The translations under genes and the position numbers were made by a program. The notes below the pieces were generated by a model. The model was not told the origin of the DNA. It ran no database searches and saw only the letters and a list, made by a program, of their open reading frames with translations. DNA of 56,307 nt. Origin: Catajapyx aquilonaris (Eukaryota). Below, piece after piece: positions 52,301-56,307 of this stretch (the first letter of the stretch is position 1; each line of letters opens with the position of its first letter). The stretch covers positions 1 through 56,307 of the forward strand of contig JYFJ02002472.1 in assembly GCA_000934665.2 (NCBI GenBank), read 5' to 3'.

Positions 52301-54285
52301 TTCTGTTTCAGACCCTCATTTTGCTTGTTGCTGCATCAGTGGGTGCAATTGGAGCTCTTCTGGCTGTGACAGGAAAGGTGGCTCCATGGACTGGTCGCTT
52401 TTACTCCCTTTTGGATCCTTCTTATGCCAAGAACAACATTCCCATCATTGCCTCTGTCTCTGAGCATCAGCCAACTGCCTGGAGCTCCTTCTATTTTGAC
52501 CTGCAATTTCTGGTCTTCATGTTTCCTGCTGGACTTTACTTTTGCTTTTCCCAGCTGACAGATGCTAACATATTCATAATTTTGTATGGCATCACCAGCA
52601 TATATTTTGCAGGCGTAATGGTTCGACTGATGCTGGTCCTGGCACCAGTCATGTGCATCCTGTCAGGTATAGCTGTCTCTGCCATGTTGGCTACATATAT
52701 GAAAGAGATTGATTCAGGAACAGCAACTGGTAGTACCACTACAGTTGGGAAGCCAGCTGGGAAGCAAGGAAGAGGCGGTAAAATGGAGAGCAATTTTGTA
52801 ATGAAGAGCGAGATTGCCACTGGATTTGTGGGTCTGATAACATTTTTGCTGGCAACATACACTGTTCATTGCACCTGGGTTACTTCAGAGGCATACTCTT
52901 CACCATCCATTGTTCTGTCTGCACGGTCATATGATGGATCACGCATCATCTTTGATGATTTCCGTGAGGCATACTACTGGCTACGGATGAACACACACCA
53001 TGATGCTAAAATTATGTCCTGGTGGGACTATGGGTACCAGATAACAGCAATGGCCAACCGGACTGTGTTAGTCGACAACAACACTTGGAATAATACCCAC
53101 ATTTCTCGAGTGGGCCAAGCAATGGCATCATCAGAGGAGAAGGCTTATGAGATCATGAGGGAGCTGGATGTGGACTATGTGCTGGTCATCTTTGGAGGAC
53201 TGACAGGATACAGCTCAGACGACATCAACAAGTTCCTGTGGATGGTACGCATAGGAGGCAGCACAGACAAAGGAAAGCACATCAAGGAGTGGGACTACTA
53301 CTCACCTTCAGGGGAGTTCAGGGTAGACAAGGAAGGCTCCTCCACTCTGCTCAACTGCCTAATGTACAAGATGTGTTACTACCGGTTTGGACAGATATAC
53401 ACTGAAGGAGGTAGGTTCTCTGTGTTTTTTTCTGTAATTTCTTGGGTGTTCTGAATTTCATATGTGGACAAGTCTGAGGCCTGGAAAATTTTTAGTACTA
53501 CATTTTTCATAGCGAGCACGTTATTTTTACTACCCTTTATTCCTTCCTTATTCCATAAGTAGCAATATTGTCAGATTCTGTGCCACCAAGAATAGGGCAT
53601 GTAGCATGGTCTACTTGTTGTGTTTGACTATTACAATGTACCACTGCACCCCCAGATCTAGGAGGCCTGAACCGCATGCCAGCCTTAGCAATGTAGACTT
53701 ATTTCTGGGAATGTAGTTAGTGAAACTGTCATACTACGAACAAAAAAAAATTATTTCAAAGTTTAATTTTTCCAGGTAGCAATGCTTTTTCCAAAGTAGT
53801 AGTTCTATGATTTTTGTACCAATATTCCTGACTTCACGTGCTGACTTATTGAGCTATTCTGCTGTTTTAATACTTGTGGCCTTCGATATTTCAAGTTATG
53901 CACTTCGTCAACTCTTGTTGCTATCAATATTATGATACTATTGTGTGGATATTCTTGGATTACCAAAGTGAGGCTTAGGTCTCATTTTTCCTTCGTTGAA
54001 TACAATATCAGTGAAGTGATTTTATATCAGTCTGTAAGCATCTTCGTTATGTTCTTATTATCATGCACCAGTTAATCATGAAGTTTAATTGTGATTGTGA
54101 TTTCATAAAATATTGTAACGAATATAATCTCACTTGCAGGAAAACCTCCTGGATATGACCGGGTTCGCAATGCGGAGATTGGCAACAAGGACTTTGAGTT
54201 GGATGTGCTGGAGGAGGCCTACACAACAGAGCACTGGTTGGTTCGCATCTACAAAGTTAAAGACCTCCCCAACCGTGGCGTCTGA
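49283..54285 (+). CDS. STT3A: Dolichyl-diphosphooligosaccharide-protein glycosyltransferase catalytic subunit STT3A, join(49283..49385,50176..50343,51107..51738,52300..53410,54140..54285), 719 aa
   Basis: Hallmark motifs [53 protein letters not shown]. The short N-terminus ([12 protein letters not shown]) and C-terminus [17 protein letters not shown] are A-type. In-frame TGA immediately upstream of the ATG; all introns GT-AG; total 2160 nt. Confidence 0.96.
49804..50104. mobile_element. Pair of short MITE-like elements (49804..49952 and 50008..50104) with 29-bp TIRs, in inverted orientation
   Basis: Unit A TIRs TGGAATTTTTGTCCCACTGCTAGTTACTG match at 26/29. Unit B TIRs TGGAATTTTCATTGCACTGCTAGATACTG match at 28/29. 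Internal segments are reverse-complementary between the two units. No clear TSD. Confidence 0.55.
50176..50343 (+). CDS. STT3A: STT3A coding exon 2
   Basis: gctaattttgcag|CA TTT GCA...[25 protein letters not shown]. Confidence 0.95.
51107..51738 (+). CDS. STT3A: STT3A coding exon 3
   Basis: cttttcag|GT ACA ATT TAC CCT...TTT CAG|GTATGC; multi-TM region. Confidence 0.95.
52300..53410 (+). CDS. STT3A: STT3A coding exon 4
   Basis: cttctccag|GTT CTG...GGA G|GTAGGT; contains WWDYG and DK motifs. Confidence 0.95.
54140..54285 (+). CDS. STT3A: STT3A coding exon 5 (terminal; not in the ORF track in this frame)
   Basis: cacttgcag|[71 protein letters not shown]. Confidence 0.94.
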
Positions 54286-54421
54286 AGAGCTCCCAAGACT
54301 CGTGAAAGGAACAATCATGCAAAGGATAAAAAGAAATGAAGAAAAAAAAATGAAATGAAAAATGGGACCCATCTTGGTTGAAGTGTCTCAACCCAACAAT
54401 GTGCTAAAGATATGTATATCA

Positions 54422-54435
54422 CTGCCATCTGGTGG
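54422..54435 (-). promoter_or_regulatory. CTCF-like binding site (CCACCAGATGGCAG on the - strand)
   Basis: Fits the CTCF consensus CCASYAGRKGGCRS; lies in the STT3A 3' UTR upstream of DTWD1. Confidence 0.4.
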
Positions 54436-54821
54436 AGAATTACGCACAGATTAACATGCACTGACGTCAGCTTGATGGGACCCAACATTTTACATGATCT
54501 TTGTGATTTTTTCACCTCATTTCTCCTTATACCACATTTAGTGTTTTCAGACCTAAGACGTACATTCCTACTGAGAGTTGTGAAGGGTAATTTTTAAAAA
54601 TGGCAATGGTTGGGTTTCCACACCAATGCTGCCTTCATCCTCATCACATCCACATTATGCATTAGATTCTTCCCAAATTAATTGAATTGGTGTCAAAAGC
54701 ACAGTTGGTTTCTGAAACCAGTTTTCACAAGTTTGGGAAGTTTGTGATTGACTTTTTTTTTTGCAATGAATGTAACTTTACTCAGTTGATAATTATTTAC
54801 AGGTATGTTGACAACTTGCCA

Positions 54822-54827
54822 AATAAA
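54822..54827 (+). terminator. Probable STT3A poly(A) signal AATAAA
   Basis: AATAAA ~540 nt after the stop, with GT-rich sequence downstream (54846-54865). Confidence 0.5.
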
Positions 54828-55469
54828 TGGGATTGACAATTATTAGTGCTGTGTATTGTGGTTGATTCTATTACTTTTCCTGTACAATGGCAAAAGATTT
54901 TTCCACGAATGACAGTTGATATTTTTCTTCCACCTGTAATCATTGTTGTGCTGATATACATCCCAAGAACAGTCACCCTGTCATTGCTGAGGCGCACAAA
55001 CAAGGCAATCCCAGTCTTCTGCTTTTTACACCTCACCTTCTCTTGTAATAATAATGTTCCATCACCCCCTCCTTATAACCTTCCTCTCTTATTTTACCTT
55101 CACACCTATCTCCACACTTAGTGCACACCCTTCCACGTCTGAGGTCTTACTCGTAAGTTCAGTCCCCAGGCCAGAAAGATGATTCTTGGAAAGAGTTATG
55201 TTTGGTTCTCTGCATGTTCGGTTGGGTTTTCTTGGGACTCTCCCATTATTTTATGTCCGCAATCAAATCCATTATTGAGAAGGCAAAGGTGGGTATCGAA
55301 ATGAGGTCACAACCAGGTCTGTTATAGGGTAGCCAAATGCTTTGTATTATTACTTGGTGTCATCATGAAACACCACATATTTATCTAGTACACTTCCCAA
55401 GTCCCCAGTTCAATTACGTGGTAAATATGCGCTTGGAAAAGGATATGCCCTCCAGCAATTCAAGCATTG

Positions 55470-55649
55470 GCTCCACGAGTGACGTCAGTGGCACAGCTTC
55501 CCTCCACCGCGTGCGTCGTTAGTACGTGGTTAGTACCGTCCATATCGTCAATGGACTATTGCAACTTCTTCTGGTTCGCCGTGTTCTCGTCCGTGGTGTT
55601 CTGGTAGTGGTTCCAGGGTGGTTCTTCTGCGTGTTCTGGTCCAGGAGGA
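55470..55649 (+). promoter_or_regulatory. DTWD1 promoter / 5' UTR with CRE (TGACGTCA 55480-55487)
   Basis: CpG-rich segment immediately upstream of ATG 55650. Confidence 0.5.
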
Positions 55650-56003
55650 ATGGCAGCAGCAGCAGGCCAGGTGGTGGAGGAGAAGATGAGCGGCATGGGA
55701 AGTGCGACGACTGCAGCTGAAGGAGGCGAAAGGACTGCAGGAAAGGAAGGGGAGACCAAGCCAGAAGAACTAGGTAAAGAGGCTTCGAATGAAAGAAACG
55801 GAGGAACCGTAGGGCATGGAAAGAGCAGGGTGGCGGCGGAGGGGCCGGATCCATTCCAAGGGCTGCAGATAGACTCCTCAGACTTCCTGAACGATCTGGG
55901 AGACAGGAGCACGTGTCCCAAGTGCAGCAGATCCAGGAAGTACTTCTGCTACACCTGCTACGTTCCTGTCAAGGAACTCGAAGGAAAGATACCCAGGATC
56001 AAG
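55650..56003 (+). CDS. DTWD1: DTW domain-containing protein 1 (tRNA-uridine aminocarboxypropyltransferase), first coding exon; gene truncated by the window end
   Basis: DPFQGLQI...RSTCPKCSRSRKYFCYTCYVPV...IPRIK matches the N-terminal CxxC...CYTC region of DTWD1. Donor AAG|GTTCGC (phase 0, weak consensus), stop shortly after. Confidence 0.85.
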
Positions 56004-56307
56004 GTTCGCCATCCCCTTGCTTTGTACTTTTGAATTCACTGATGATGTGCAGCATCCCAGATTGTCTTAAGAGCAATTGATGACTTTCCAGTTGCACGCC
56101 CCTAGCGGCCAAATTTGGCCTGCCATCAAAATGGCGGCGTTAGTTATGCAGAGGCGGGATTTTCCTATCCCTGCCCATGTTAAATGACCTCTGCTTGCTC
56201 GCCTCTGGGGGCCCCCGGAGTGATTTTGTGAATGGTGATCGCGCTTTTCTCGATGCTGTCCGGGCTCCGATTGTCCGCCTCTGGGGGTCTGGCCCCGGGG
56301 CAGATCT

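Noticed and set aside
56039..56100. TGATGA C-box-like motifs suggesting an intronic C/D snoRNA
   Set aside because: No CTGA D-box or terminal stem at a suitable distance.
1..56307. CRISPR array, operon or defence system, rRNA, RT/transposase ORFs
   Set aside because: The sequence is intron-containing eukaryotic DNA; no regularly spaced repeats or such motifs were seen.

Overview
Eukaryotic (arthropod-type) genomic DNA with spliceosomal GT-AG introns and three protein-coding genes, all on the + strand. (1) An Expansion/Rebuf-family atypical Smad-MH2 protein (a chitin-deposition factor in insects). Its core CDS is join(30970..31077,44498..44728,44809..44964,45093..45317,45495..45843,46077..46244,46637..46848), about 482 aa. 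The apparently empty first 30 kb appears to be its 5' intronic region: a Gln/His/Pro-rich coding exon at 2477..2766, and possibly several short ATG-initiated exons, splice in frame (phase 2) to a shared acceptor at 30945. (2) A complete STT3A oligosaccharyltransferase catalytic subunit, 5 coding exons at 49283..54285, 719 aa. (3) The first coding exon of DTWD1 at 55650..56003; the gene runs off the window. Non-coding items include a double MITE-like palindrome in STT3A intron 1, seven perfect CRE palindromes, a CTCF-like site, microsatellites and two single-N joins inside poly-C runs. I found no prokaryote-style system, CRISPR array, rRNA, credible tRNA or transposon ORF. Most ORFs in the supplied track are spurious. 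All splice models were derived by eye and need RNA-seq confirmation.
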